DNA of 60,581 nucleotides, filler included, from Dimargaris cristalligena (GCA_003614675.1; 10 parts of 10 records of this genome joined end to end with filler, not necessarily neighbours in it), one strand, 5' to 3'. Numbered from the whole stretch's first letter, positions 12,126 to 25,420 are shown. Notes: a model not told the origin generated them from the letters alone. Translations and numbers: made by a program.

Positions 12126-12225
12126 NNNNNNNNNNNNNNNNNNNNNNNNNNNNNNNNNNNNNNNNNNNNTTAATTAATTAANNNNNNNNNNNNNNNNNNN
12201 NNNNNNNNNNNNNNNNNNNNNNNNN
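12126..12225. other. artificial contig spacer
   Basis: N run with TTAATTAATTAA. Confidence 0.97.
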
Positions 12226-13055
12226 CGATGCGGAACTGACCCAGGGCTGGTTTCAGAAACCTTAGTGGAGTCTCCAGCGTCTCGTCACTATTACGGCTGG
12301 TATGTAAACTACCCCTGTCGGATACCTACCAGGGCTATTATCTCTCTATTGAACTCGCTAATCTTTTAGTTTAACTATTCACCTAATTCCGCTGGGTTAT
12401 AGTCTAGAACGCCACCAATCAACTGGGGGGGTGGTCATTGGTAGCCAGTGTGCTGAACAGAGCCGCTGTAGATGTATCATGTCAGTTAGATTCACAAGCT
12501 CTTTGGCAACATTGATAACGTTCACTTTCTATATTCCATACTATTCTATAATTTCTTTAAAGCGATACTACGGAGTACGGCAAATACTATATCTTGAGGC
12601 GCAGTACCTTATCTAGTTTAAAGAAGCATCTGTGGGACCAACGCGGAGGTTTCAATGTACATAATACAGTTTACTAATGATAGTCCTATAGGAATATCCT
12701 ACCGACACTCCTGTAGGGTAACTAACAATAAAGAAAATACCACACATTACGCGTATAATTTAACGTGATCGCGACGAGTAGTGATTATCTCGTCGTTCTA
12801 AGCCTGTAGTAGACTCCCAGCGGCTAAAACACATTCCCCGTGGAAACCACTATAACCATACAACTTTTTTTATTTAATATTCAATTGACCTAAGACCTGG
12901 GAATTCTCCATCTTTCAATTACCACTGTTAACCTGTGTGCACCCATTATTCCGTTTGATTCCATTGCAGCTCCAACATTAAATAGTTCTTATCAAACCAT
13001 TTCCTTTATCCCTTTTCTCTTCCATTCCTACTATACCCCCCCCCTCTCAGCTTCA

Positions 13056-16000
13056 ATGGCGGGTCCAACAGACGATCCCTCGGCGCCTGCGCCGCCCCGG
13101 AGCAAGAAATTATCCTCCTATACCGCACCTCAAGAGTTTCTGGACGAGATAGTCCTGACTGGTGCGGATGAGGCCGCCGATCCGTTTGCCGAATACCGTA
13201 AAACCGAGCGGGTGATCGCTAAACGGGAGGACGAGTACCACGCCCGGCGTTTGAAGCGCACGCTTTCACCCGAACGGGCCGATCCATTTGCCGATACTGA
13301 CGCTGCGGCGGCGGGTGGCCGAAGTTATGCCGATGCCATGCGTGAGGTGGAAATAGACCGTGAGCACCAGCGGGTTTTGCGCCAAGTAGCCGACCTGAGT
13401 AAGAAGGCCGGGGAAGAGGGCGCATCCAGTAGTGGCCCTGCGGAGCCCACGGCCTCCGCCAGTGGTCGGCGGCGTCGCCGTTGGGATGTGGCTACCCCCG
13501 TGCCACAATCAGGCCCAGCAGCTGACCACACCGAAGCCGCAGCTTTAGCCGACTTGTCGAAAAGCCGCTGGGACGAAACCCCCCGGGCCGCCCCCGTTAA
13601 ACGCAGTCGTTGGGATGCCACCCCCAAGTTCGATGCGACGGTTGAGGACACTCCGAAACGGACCGCCCGGTCCCGCTGGGACGAGACCCCAGTAGGTGCT
13701 TCGGGCACCCAGTTTGGTGAAACGCCTGTGGGTAATCTAGGACTGGTTACCCCCGTCGGGGGTTCAGCCGGAATGATACCCATGACCCCCACTAGTCAGT
13801 TTGAGCGTGAACTCGATACGCGGAATCGGCCCCTAAGTGACGCCGATTTAGACGCAATGCTGCCCAGTAAGGGCTACGAGGTCATCGAGCCACCAGCCTC
13901 ATACGCACCTATTCATACCCCGTCCCGTAAACTCATGACTACTCCGACACCCATGGGTGCGGGAGGATACACGATGCCCGAAACCGAGCGTCGCCAGCAG
14001 TTCGACGTGCCTCCCGAAATCCCCGGCTTACCCTCACTGAAACCGGAGGATATGGAGCATTTCGGCAAATTAACGGACCAAAAGGACGAGTCCGAACTTA
14101 CCGCCACGGAGGCCAAGGAACGCCGAATCATGAAACTTCTCCTCAAGATCAAGAACGGGACTCCGCCTATGCGCAAGGCCGCTCTCCGCCAAATCACTGA
14201 CAAGGCCCGCGATTTTGGGGCCGCCCCTCTTTTTAACCAGATCCTGTCCCTGCTCATGTCACCGGCTTTGGAAGATCAGGAACGCCATTTGCTGGTCAAG
14301 GTCATCGACCGCATTCTCTACAAACTGGATGATCTCGTCCGGCCTTTTGTGCACCAAATTCTGGTAGTGACTATGCCCATGTTGATCGATTCGGACTACT
14401 ACGCGCGTATCGAGAGTCGCGAGATCATTTCCAACCTGAGTAAGGCGGCGGGATTAGCCACCATGATTGCCACCCTGCGCCCCGATATCGATTCCACCGA
14501 CGAGTTCATTCGTAATACGACGGCGCGGGCCTTCTCCGTGGTGGCCTCGGCCCTCGGTATCCCAGCTCTGCTCCCGTTCCTCAAGGCGGTGTGCAAGAGT
14601 AAGAAGTCCTGGGAAGCCCGGCACACGGGTATCAAAATCATTCAACAGATTGCCATCCTGATGGGCTGCGCCATCTTGCCCTATCTCAAGGGTATCGTAG
14701 ATATCATCGCCCACGGCCTGGAGGATGAACAGCAAAAAGTGCGGACCATGACCGCCTTGGCCATCGCTGCCTTGGCCGAAGCGGCTGCCCCCTACGGTAT
14801 TGAATCTTTCGACTCCGTTCTCAAACCCCTCAGGACCGGTATTCGTAAACACCGCGGCAAGGGCCTGGCCGCCTTCCTCAAAGCCATTGGCTACATTATT
14901 CCACTTATGGAGCCCGAGTACGCCATCTACTACACCCGGGAGGTGATGGTGATTCTCATCCGCGAATTCCAGTCGCCCGACGAGGAAATGAAGAAGATTG
15001 TGCTCAAGGTCGTCAAACAGTGCGCGGCCACCGACGGGGTGGAGCCCCAGTACATTCGCACGGAAATCCTACACGAGTTCTTCCGTAACTTCTGGATTCG
15101 GCGCATGGCTCTCGACCGCCGCAACTACCGCCAGGTGGTTGATACGACGGTGGAACTGGCCAATAAGGTTGGCGTGGCCGAAATTGTGAGTCGTATTGCC
15201 CAGGACTTGAAGGACGAGTCGGAGCCGTATCGCAAAATGGTCATGGAGACGGTGGATAAAATTGTCAGCCAGCTGGGCCTAGCTGACCTGGACGACGAGC
15301 AGCTCAAACACCTATTCGACGGGATCCTGTACGCTTTCCAAGAACAAACCGCGGAGGACGTGGTGATGCTAAACGGGTTCGGCAGTGTAGCCAATGCCAT
15401 GGGAGGCCGACTGGAGCCTTTTGTTGCCCAATTGGATGTGCTGATCCGCTGGCGGCTTAATAACAAGTCAGCCAAGGTACGGCAGCAGGCGGCGGACCTG
15501 GTGGCCCGTATAGCGGCCAACGTACAGGCCTGCGGCAAGGAGGAGAACCTCCGGCATTTGGGTACCGTCATTTACGAGCATCTCGGTGAAGAATACCCCG
15601 AGGTCCTGGGCTCTATCCTAGGCGCCCTGAAGGCGATTGTCAATGTGGTCGGTATGCACAACATGACGCCACCCATTAAGGATCTGCTGCCCCGCCTCAC
15701 TCCCATTCTGCGTAACCGGCATGAAAAAGTGCAAGAGAACTGTATCGATTTGGTCGGCCGTATCGCTGATCGAGGCGCTGAGTTCGTCAGTCCCCGGGAA
15801 TGGATGCGCATCTGTTTCGAACTGCTGGATATGCTCAAGGCCCAGAAGAACGGTATCCGGCGTGCCGCGGTCAACACTTTTGGTTACATCGCCAAGGCGA
15901 TCGGACCCCAGGACGTCCTGAGTACGCTCCTGGACAATCTGCGGGTCCAGGAACGGCAGAACCGGGTCTGTACCACCGTGGCCATCGCTATTGTGGCCGA

Positions 16001-16553
16001 AACGTGTGCCCCGTACATGGTCCTGCCGGCCCTGATGAACGAATACCGGGTGCCGGAACTGAATGTCCAGAACGGGGTGCTCAAGTCACTATCGTTCCTG
16101 TTCGAATATATTGGGGAAATGGGCAAAGACTACGTCTACGCCGTGACACCCCTCTTAGAAGATGCCCTGGCCGACCGGGACCTGGTGCATCGCCAGACCG
16201 CCTGTGCGGCTATCAAACACATGTCCCTGGGCGTGGCCGGACTTGAATGCGAAGATGCTCTCACGCATTTGCTCAACCTCGTCTGGCCCAACATCTTCGA
16301 AACTTCACCCCACGTCATTGGCGCGGTTTTGGAGGCCATCGAAGGGTTACGGGTGGCCCTCGGCCCGGGGGTCCTTTTACAATACCTATTACAGGGGCTT
16401 TTCCACCCCGCCCGTCGGGTCCGTGAAATTTACTGGCGTATCTATAACTCCGTGTATATTGCCAGCCAAGGCGTGTTGGTTCCATATTACCCACCAGTTG
16501 ATGACGATAAACATAACCATTATCGCATTCCTGAATTGACCTACCTACTCTAA
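13056..16553 (+). CDS. SF3B1: U2 snRNP splicing factor 3B subunit 1 (Hsh155/Prp10), intronless
   Basis: RWDxTP repeats, RNRPLSD p14-binding region, and a HEAT region closely matching SF3B1 ([49 protein letters not shown]). Confidence 0.98.
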   Translation: MAGPTDDPSAPAPPRSKKLSSYTAPQEFLDEIVLTGADEAADPFAEYRKTERVIAKREDEYHARRLKRTLSPERADPFADTDAAAAGGRSYADAMREVEIDREHQRVLRQVADLSKKAGEEGASSSGPAEPTASASGRRRRRWDVATPVPQSGPAADHTEAAALADLSKSRWDETPRAAPVKRSRWDATPKFDATVEDTPKRTARSRWDETPVGASGTQFGETPVGNLGLVTPVGGSAGMIPMTPTSQFERELDTRNRPLSDADLDAMLPSKGYEVIEPPASYAPIHTPSRKLMTTPTPMGAGGYTMPETERRQQFDVPPEIPGLPSLKPEDMEHFGKLTDQKDESELTATEAKERRIMKLLLKIKNGTPPMRKAALRQITDKARDFGAAPLFNQILSLLMSPALEDQERHLLVKVIDRILYKLDDLVRPFVHQILVVTMPMLIDSDYYARIESREIISNLSKAAGLATMIATLRPDIDSTDEFIRNTTARAFSVVASALGIPALLPFLKAVCKSKKSWEARHTGIKIIQQIAILMGCAILPYLKGIVDIIAHGLEDEQQKVRTMTALAIAALAEAAAPYGIESFDSVLKPLRTGIRKHRGKGLAAFLKAIGYIIPLMEPEYAIYYTREVMVILIREFQSPDEEMKKIVLKVVKQCAATDGVEPQYIRTEILHEFFRNFWIRRMALDRRNYRQVVDTTVELANKVGVAEIVSRIAQDLKDESEPYRKMVMETVDKIVSQLGLADLDDEQLKHLFDGILYAFQEQTAEDVVMLNGFGSVANAMGGRLEPFVAQLDVLIRWRLNNKSAKVRQQAADLVARIAANVQACGKEENLRHLGTVIYEHLGEEYPEVLGSILGALKAIVNVVGMHNMTPPIKDLLPRLTPILRNRHEKVQENCIDLVGRIADRGAEFVSPREWMRICFELLDMLKAQKNGIRRAAVNTFGYIAKAIGPQDVLSTLLDNLRVQERQNRVCTTVAIAIVAETCAPYMVLPALMNEYRVPELNVQNGVLKSLSFLFEYIGEMGKDYVYAVTPLLEDALADRDLVHRQTACAAIKHMSLGVAGLECEDALTHLLNLVWPNIFETSPHVIGAVLEAIEGLRVALGPGVLLQYLLQGLFHPARRVREIYWRIYNSVYIASQGVLVPYYPPVDDDKHNHYRIPELTYLL

Positions 16554-17881
16554 GTCAGGGCAATATGTATTGTTCTATGGGTTACTTCTCCCTCGCTTTT
16601 TTATTATTATTATTAATTATAAAATTGTATTTCAGTTGCGGTGGTGTGTTTTTTTTTTGTTCGTTAAAAAATGCCATTTACATACACTACTTCACTTAGG
16701 CCAATGATCAGACAGTATAATAATAAAAATGTTTATTGCGTGGAATAGAATAAGTTGAATTACTCGCTGATCTCTAATAGACAACCAGTTTCAATAGAGC
16801 GATTATGGTTTGAACACCAACACTATACTAATACCAAAGACTCGGGGATTTGAGAGGATTTATCATGGCCCTGAATGGTTGAGGAGTATTATAACATAAG
16901 AATTCCCCAAGAAACTTGCTTTGTTAAGTATTGTTGGTAATGTTAAAGCAAATATCTATTCCAATTATGTAATGGTAGTATTTGTAGATGGGTAGGAGTG
17001 CAAAGTAATGGTGATGTAATGACGGCCCTCTTCAACCTTTGCCAAAGGGCATTCTTTCTAAAGAATCGGAATGGTCATTGTCATTTATATGAAAATACCG
17101 AGTGGTTAAGTAAAGATGGGGAATACTAGAAATGGGTAGGACAGTGATAATTTGAGTTTATAAATAGTCTTAATAATATCCCTGTAGATTGATATCGTGG
17201 TTGTCCCTGTGATCAGCCACTCATATACCAAAGAGTCCACACAAGTGGGCTTATAGTGCGTGCAGCAGTATCGGAGGTTGTCTCAGCCAATTCTTGTCTA
17301 ATAAGGAATGAGAGGTAGCGGGATAACAAAAAAAATACCACTGCACCCATTTGTATTACTATCAGGACTCGATATTCTAGTGCAAGGCTTGCGAATGTGA
17401 TTGGAGGTTGTGGGCTCCTTTGTAGGGCGTTCTGGCGTCGGAGGGGGAGTCTTCTAGCCGACTGAGAGAGAGGGAGGTTGGCCGCGTTAGAAGAAACAAG
17501 GCCGGGATGGGTCAGTGGCGGTTAATCAATTGCCAAAGGGAAGATGTGCCGCGTTCTCAAATAACATATATTTTTCAATACACAAATATTTTGGTGGATA
17601 TAAAGCTGTAAAATCCAGGGAAAACCGTGGGCATAAAACTATTATTTGTTTTAAAGAGGGCCCCTTGATTTAGGATAGTAAAGAAATCGAATTAAATATA
17701 CCAAATTGCATTCTACATGTCAGAAAAATATAATAATCGTCAAAGCACTAGGCTCTTAAAGCAATAGTGAAAAGGTGAGATGCGTCATAAACCTCCCGAA
17801 AGCATAGAAATATTCACAATATTCATCATGTCTGAGATAAGTTGTCAGCAATTGAATTAATATATAATCGCCAGGTGCGGC

Positions 17882-18061
17882 ATGGTAATTGCCGGCTGAA
17901 CTGATGACGAGCGTTATAGTCTTCTCATTAACCGTCTCACGGAACTACACTTTCATATCATCCCTCAATATTGTGACACTCTGCTAACCGATCTCGTTAA
18001 TCCGAAACAGTGACTGCGTTGATGTAGTGCCGTGAGAATGTTGGCTGACAGCCTTTACCAT
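17882..18061 (+). ncRNA. candidate structured box C/D RNA (orphan snoRNA-like)
   Basis: TGATGA at 17902-17907 and CTGA at 18045-18048 are closed by GGCTG/CAGCC and an outer ATGGTAA/TTACCAT stem. Internal 14/15-bp helix 17935-17949 with 18023-18037. TATATAA at 17861-17867. Confidence 0.5.
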
Positions 18062-18216
18062 CCGGCTATCAATTTATCCGCCGATTCTTATGTTGAACTG
18101 ACGATTATAAAAATTACAATGCTTACAGCTGTTTTTTTTCTTATCATATACTAACGATTACAACTGATATGACGAATTTCATGAGAAATATTCCATGCCT
18201 TTTGGGAAGTCAACTC

Positions 18217-18316
18217 NNNNNNNNNNNNNNNNNNNNNNNNNNNNNNNNNNNNNNNNNNNNTTAATTAATTAANNNNNNNNNNNNNNNNNNNNNNNNNNNN
18301 NNNNNNNNNNNNNNNN
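18217..18316. other. artificial contig spacer
   Basis: N run with TTAATTAATTAA. Confidence 0.97.
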
Positions 18317-18641
18317 AAGGAATCAGGTAATTAAATATACTTCCAGTTACCTGCACTCTGCAGCACCACACAACCATCAGAGGGAATCAGTCCCCCCGAA
18401 CTAGAGTGGTCACCTGACTCCCTCAGTGAGAGTGCACCGCCAAGCGGGGAGCGAACAGTTACAAGACTTACCATCAATACTAATTTGCCTAGAGGATAAA
18501 ATAAGGATTAGCGCGCTACAACGTGGGTTCTTTATGTTCTAATAAGATAACTATGTATATCTTAAAAACCCCACGCCCTACTTGGATTGTTAGGGTTAAT
18601 GGGGATCAATGTTGCCTCATTCCCGGATCTAGTGTCGTTGC

Positions 18642-18773
18642 TATATATATATATATATATATATATCACTCACAATTATATTTTGTATTAATTGTCATCA
18701 GCAGGCATGTCCAAGCCCCCTTTCCATGTTTTCAACCGAGTGGTATTCATGAATATATATATATATATATATA
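18642..18773. repeat. two (TA)n microsatellites (18642-18666, 18753-18773)
   Basis: Direct reading of the sequence. Confidence 0.9.
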
Positions 18774-19357
18774 AGTATAGATGGCTGTGGAGTTGATTCG
18801 GGGGGTCACAATAGTTATTTGGTAGGGTTGGCTCCGACATTGTCAGGGCAAGTCGTGTGGGTTATACCGGTGCCAAATGCCGGAGAAAGACCTCCCTTGC
18901 AATTTCCTACCCAATAATGTAAATTGAGGTCGACTGACGGCAGGGGGGGGATGTTTAGATAATATAGTGTGGAGTTGGTAGAAATGGGCCTTGTTTACCG
19001 ATTCGGCACTATCCGCACCAGAAGCACCAAGGCTACTAATACTCGCTAACTGGTCGTTTCGCTTGCCGTGGTGTATTCCAAGCGGGCCGTCACGCTGGGT
19101 TTGCAAGCGAAAATCCCCCTGGTCTGGGGGGCCCAACCTAACCACCCTAACTAAGCCTGGGGCAGGGGAACCTGTCTCAGACCGCCGCGACGACCCACTT
19201 GGCATTGCCTTACCTCTCCTCCCTTCCTTGCCTCTTATTAATGCATTCGTCTAATCCAACCTATACCCTAATATAGTCTCATCTTAGGCCTTTGGCAACC
19301 TCCCCCCCTCCCCGTCACCCATACCTTTCCTACTCTCCCACCCATAGTCCGGCCACC

Positions 19358-22300
19358 ATGAGCGGGTTTGGGTCCTCCATCATGACGGAGCTGGCCTCCC
19401 TTTCCAGCGAGGCCCGACGCAAGTACCCCGAAATTAAAGAAGCGTCGGAGCGGGTTATTCTACTCATCCGGTCGTCCAAGAACAAGCCCCCCGCCGACCT
19501 GGCCCTGGAGCTGGCCCATTCGGCCGACACCATATTACCCTTTACGCTCGCCTGTACCACCAAGCAGGTGAAACTGATTACCATCGCCATGGGCTGCATG
19601 CAACGACTTACCACCCATTCGGCCATCCCCGCCGACTCCATCGCCACCATTCTAACCACCCTCAATGACGTGGTGTCCCTGGGCGTGGAAATCCAGCTCC
19701 GCATCCTGCAGCTCCTCATGCCCCTCTTATCCAACTACGAGTCCGTCCATGGCCCGGTGCTGGCCCAGGCCCTCAAACTGTGCTTTAAATTACAGGAGTC
19801 CAAAGTAGGCGTCGTCAATAATACCGCCGCCGCCACCTTGCGGCAGCTGGTGATCCTCGTCTTTGAGAAGGTGGGCCGGGAGGACGAGGCCCTGCCCCCG
19901 ACCCTGACGGTATCCCAATCGGAGTCCCCGGACCCCGGCCTCAGTTCCAGCGCCCGGGACGCCCTCGCCGTTTTCCAAGACCTCTGCCTCTTGACCGGGG
20001 GCCTCTCCCCGCAGTTTATTGATATTGTCGGATTGGCCCGTACCTTTGGCCTGGAGCTGATGGAGTCGGTCCTCACCTACCATTCGTCCGTGTTCCGTCG
20101 CCACCGCCCGTTCGCCGCCCTCCTCCGGGACCACATGTGCCCCGTCGTCATTAAGTTGTTCTCCGATAGCTCCGATTTCCCCAGCTACATGCGTCTCATG
20201 CGCCTGTTCTTTATCTCCATTAAACAGCTACGGACTCTGATCCCCGTGGAGTGCGAAATTTATATCACCATGCTCATTCGTTTGCTCGACCCCGACTACC
20301 CCATGTGGCAGCGGGTTCTCGCGATGGAAGTGTTCCGGGGCATGTGCGGGGACGGCGAGCTGCTTCGGTTTCTATACTCCGAGTACGATCTACGGGAGCG
20401 GGCCAAACCCGTCTACGCCGACTTTATCGCCGCCCTCGGGCGCATCGCGACCGAGAAGCCCAATTCCATCGGTATTGCCAACGGGTCGGCGGCGACTCCC
20501 CAGCCCACGGGGACCGCACTGACCACGGCGGCGGAGGCCCCCGGCGGGAATGGCCCCGAGGGGTCCGACTCCGTGGACCCCTCGGTGCTCAGTCGGTCCC
20601 TGGCGCTCGTGCGGGTACAGTGCCTCGATCAACTCGATAAAGTTGAGCCACCGCCCATTCCCGACTCGTATTTGTTCTACCTGAGTATGATGTGTCTAAC
20701 CGGGGTCGTGGACAAGCTGGCCGCGACCACCCTGCCTTTGGTGACGCAGTCTCTCCCGCTGGCGGCCAGTGGGGCCTCACCTGTTCCCGAGCCCCTGTCC
20801 GACCCCACAGTACCGGTGCTCACCCGCGGCCTGAACCTCGACCAGCACGCCCACGGTGCCCTTCTGCGAACCGTCCGGGGGATGACCGATGCCGCCTGGC
20901 CCGCGCTACTGGCCGCGTTCTCCTTTTACCTCACCACCCGCCTGGACGACGAACTGTTCCGCCAGCTCATGACCGCCTACCAGCATCTCACCAACCTCTC
21001 GGGGGCCCTTGGCCTGGGCACCCCGCGGGACGCCCTGCTTACGAGCCTGTGTAAGCACTGCCTCCCGCTGACCTCGGACAAATTCACTCCCCTGCGCGAC
21101 GCCCCCAGCGTCAGCCACGCCTCGGCGGCGTCGATTCGGGCCAATTCCATCTCCTCTGAGTCCGTCCTGTCGCCGGGCAAGCCCCGGCTCCCGGCCCTGC
21201 TGGACTCGGCCAAACAAACCATGTCCAGCACCAGTGGCGCCATCAACCAACTGGTCACCTCCATCACGGGGGCCAGCTCGGCCCGGTCCGCTCTGATTGT
21301 GCCCCCCTCGGAACGGAACCTTTACTGCCTCCACACTTTGATCCAGGTGGCTCAGTTTCTGGGGGATACCCTCAACGGCTCCTGGTACATGATCCTGGTG
21401 ACACTTCAGCAGGCAGACGAACTCATGGCCGCGGGCTCCGCCGATGGGCGATCCGGGTGGGACCTCGCCAAGCGGCTGTCGGGACCCGATGCCTCCCGGC
21501 ACAACAGTATTCGTTCCGGGGACCCTCACTTCCGGCGTCGCGACACCGCCATGGGCCACGCCTACCCCAAGCCCGGCAGTCGGACCAGCTCGATTTTGAG
21601 CACCCTGGGCCCCGGCTCCGCACCCCTGCGTTACCAGCACTACGCCGAGCTCTGCCAGCGCCTGTTCGATCGGGCGGTTCATTTAGCCCCGACCTCGTTT
21701 CTCTTCTTCATTCGGGCCCTGTGCGCCCTCTCGTGTGACCTGAGCGGGGTCCCCCTGCCGGCGTGCGACGCCGACGCGTGCCGCCAGGTCCTCGAGCAGG
21801 GGGGCATGCACCGCAAGGTCACGGTGGCCGACCAGCCTTCCTTCGCGCTGGTGTACCTGGAGTACATTGTCATCCATAACCTCCTAACTCTGGTCCGGGC
21901 TGACGTTCAGGCAGAAAAGGAGGACCCGTCCGACGAGACCTCCTCCATCACCCCCTTCCAGCTCATTATGGCCCACCTGGTCGACGTCGCTACCGGGGCC
22001 CCGCCGGTCCCACCCACCATGGCCCTCCAGGCCTGTGACATTATCACCGAGATTGCCGAAGTGGCGTTAACCACCGTCGACTGGTCCCTTTCGGGGGGTG
22101 ATTCGGGGTCCACCCCCTCCGAGAAACCGCAGCCCTATCCGTCGTGGGGGGCCATCCAGAGCCGGGTGCTGGAACCACTGGCCCGAATTGTGCACCAGGC
22201 CATCCCCCACTCCACTTCCCTGGCCCTGGAGCCGGATAATGCCCTTCGCATTCAAACCGACCCTCCGACACCGTCACCCGAGGGTTCCCGCCCGGGGTGG

Positions 22301-24305
22301 TCGTCGGCTTCCCAACTCGAAACCGCCCAAATGGCCCTAGAAACCCTGAACCGGGTCCTCCACTCCGCCGGCCACTCCATCGAACCCAGCGCCTGGGCTA
22401 TCATCTTTGATATGATCGCCATTGGCTATGACGCGGACCGCTCCAACGACTCTGACGACTTGGCCCCCAGCGACTTATCCGCCGCTATGTCCCACATGGC
22501 CCAAACCCTGGCCCAGGGCCGGCGGGCCGTGGCGGTCCCCCGCGGACCCAACCAGACGGCCCTCATTCGCCATGCGTTTCCCTGTCTCCAGCTAGTGTGT
22601 ACCGATTTTCTGGCCTCCCTGTCCCCGCAGTGTCTCGGTCGCTGCATTCGCCTTCTGGGATGCTACGGCCATCAGCCGTGTGACGTCAATGTAGCGCTCA
22701 CCGCCATTGGGCTTTTTTGGAATTTTTCCGACTTTCTGCAAACCACCCGTGGCGCCGCTGTCGACTCCCCCGCCCCCGCCGGCGATCTTACCCAGCATCC
22801 CCTGTCTACCTGCGACCAACTCTGGTTGCTCCTGCTGCATCGCCTCTCGATTCTCTGCGTCGACCAGCGCCCGGAGGTGCGCAACGGGGCCAGTCGAACC
22901 CTGTACCGCACCCTGGATTTGCACGGCCACGCCCTCAACGGAACCGTGTGGGAGCTGATCTTTTGGCATATCCTGTACCCCCTGGCCAAGGCCGTTTTGC
23001 GCAACCGGGATCAGCTCGCCGGCCTCGGGACCGCACCCGTTGCCGCCGGATTTAATCTGGAGGAGGGCGATTTACGGGTCCGAAGTCCTTACACCGACCA
23101 CATTGGTTACCACAATCTAGGGGAGTCGGCCGACCCGCCGGCTAATCCCCCCGGCGACTGGATTAACGCGTGGAACGAAACCGTCACCCTGACCGTGACC
23201 GGCCTGACCAAGGTGATTCGGCTCTACTGCCTGCCCCACGCCCTCCGAAGCACCCCTTTGGCCACCATGTACCCCATTTGGCGCTGGTTCTGCCGCTATT
23301 GGGAGGTTTGCGTGTCGCACAGTGCTAACCTCTACCACACACCCGAGGTCACCAAGGGGCTTTTGGGCAACCTTAAACCCTCGTGGCCCCTTTGGATGCC
23401 ACGGCCCCCGCGGACTCCCTCTCCCCGGCGGCGTGGTTCTGGTGGCAGTGTGCTTGGTTGGCCTGGTACAACTGTGGACGTGCCCTGGTGGGCCGGCTTC
23501 CGACAGATGCTAACCAGCAGCCCGCCATCACGGCTGACCTAGCCGCCTACCGGGTGGAATTTCCCTCCGCCGCCGCCGCCCCGCCGGCCTTTGATTTGGC
23601 CGAGGAGGCGTGGCCGGTACTCCCGGACTCCGTACCAATCAACTCCCCCCTATCCACCTCTCCACCTGGCTCGGCCACTAAGTACCCCCAGGAACTGCTA
23701 TCCGATTACTTGGGCATCTTCCATGACCTGGTGGGGTTGGCCAGCTGGATGGGCGGGGTGACCTCCCCCGCTGACTCTGAGCGTACGCTCCGGTTTATGG
23801 TGGAACGCCCTGCGACTCATCTGGGGCCCCTTTTGGCCAACGTGCAGGCCGTTGCCCTATACCGCCACGCCCTCTGTTTTGCCTCCGACGCTCAGAAACT
23901 GGGCCCGGCCCAGGCAGCGGCCTTGAAAATCCAGAAATGGGTGGCCCGCACCGTCTTTTGCCAGTTGCCTGTGCAGGCCACCGAGCCGCACCCGGCCCCC
24001 GCGCTGGAGCTGGATCCGTCGACTCACGCCCAGGTACTGGCGATGGTTGTCTCGAGTTGGTTCAACTATTGGGCGGCCCCCTTGGCCTGCCTCCTTGACC
24101 CGCCAACGAATGCCTTTCCCTTCCTGACCGGCCGGCGATGTATCGGTGAGACAGGCGGAAGCCAGTGCTAGCATACCCGTCGCCAACGCCAAAAAGGTGG
24201 GGGGGTGCTGGCGACGCTGGTAGCGCTGCGGGGCGGAGGCTGGGGGAGGACTAGGGGTGGGGCGGAAATAAGTCTGTAGACGTAGGTAATCCCCCAATTC
24301 GGCCG
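19358..24305 (+). CDS. MON2: MON2 (Sec7-related endosome/Golgi trafficking protein), 3'-truncated, with 1-bp frameshift near 23378 and inverted terminal 24128-24305
   Basis: LSSEARRKYPEIKEASE N-terminus, VNNTAAATLRQL, RTFGLELMESVL, CLDQLDKVEPP, LQLVCTDFL, DVNVALTAIGLFW and DQRPEVRNGA are MON2 hallmarks. Coding continues in the 23383 frame. Confidence 0.92.
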
Positions 24306-24405
24306 NNNNNNNNNNNNNNNNNNNNNNNNNNNNNNNNNNNNNNNNNNNNTTAATTAATTAANNNNNNNNNNNNNNNNNNNNNNNNNNNNNNNNNNNNNNN
24401 NNNNN
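24306..24405. other. artificial contig spacer
   Basis: N run with TTAATTAATTAA. Confidence 0.97.
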
Positions 24406-24639
24406 CTATGATATAGAAGGTGATAAATGGATATAGCTATGATATGACATTGCAATTGATAAACTAAGCTAAATATAGTAAAACGGTAGTAATTTGATTA
24501 ATGGACGTTAGGTACATCATCGGTGACATCACCAAAGCTTAAGGGTGTTCAGTACCTGTCACAACACAATTATTCAGTTATGGCCATATGCACATTTCAG
24601 CACCGTATCCCGTTAGATCTGCGCAGTAAAGTATGTGAC

Positions 24640-25420
24640 AGTTGATTTAGTACTGAGGTGGGTGACCACTTGGGAATAGTCAATGCTATAACTTTTTCAA
24701 CCTAATCTAAAGAATTACTTTTGTACTAAGTGATAAGTAGGCTTAGTGTTGTCCAGAAGTGCACTGTAAATAGGGCAATGAATATTTTACTTATGCTTGT
24801 ATATTTATTCTTTCATTGATTTTGAATGCCCATCTACCTATATCACATTTTAATGTAGGGTTTTCTGATCATTAGCACTAATTATCCCAATCTGTCAGAG
24901 CCCGATCCACACCTTCTATCTTCAAAACCTTAAACCTTAGTCTAAACATCTGATTGAGACTTGTGGTGCCTGGATAAGCCAGCTGAGTACTTCACTATTA
25001 CCTTAGACTACCAGGTCTGACCACTGCATACAGTTGACCAATTAGTTTTTGAGAGAATGCTATAGAGACCATTAATTCCTAGCATTTTATTCAGTTTCTA
25101 TACACCCTTTAGCCCACAACATTTAATTCTATAATAAGGATCCCACCAACCTAGGCCCATAGGACTACTGTGCATATTCCTCGCACTCTATAACTAACCA
25201 CTTGATTATAGAGTCAGTGGTAGAACACAAAATAGCATTATTTAGGTTAGCAATTTCCTTCTATGCCTGGTATCTCAGATTATTGATTCTTTTGAGCTCA
25301 TATATTTATATTCTCTGAAATCTGTTGAAAAAGTAAAGACTTGGGCAAACTGTATTAGGATAGGGCTATAATTAGTATCATATGATGTATAACTATGGAA
25401 CATGCTTTAGTTTATTTATG
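24640..25420. repeat. CpG-depleted AT-rich tract, probably decayed repeat
   Basis: Only about two CpG seen by eye. Same composition as 6131-7440, but no second copy is visible in this window. Confidence 0.45.

Noticed and set aside
17901-18008. Hammerhead ribozyme (CTGATGA…CGAAAC)
   Set aside because: No stem II closing pair next to the core, and no matching stems I and III.
13056-24171. Many long antisense or alternate-frame ORFs over SF3B1, MON2 and other GC-rich genes
   Set aside because: Expected shadows of GC-rich codon usage, with no motifs.
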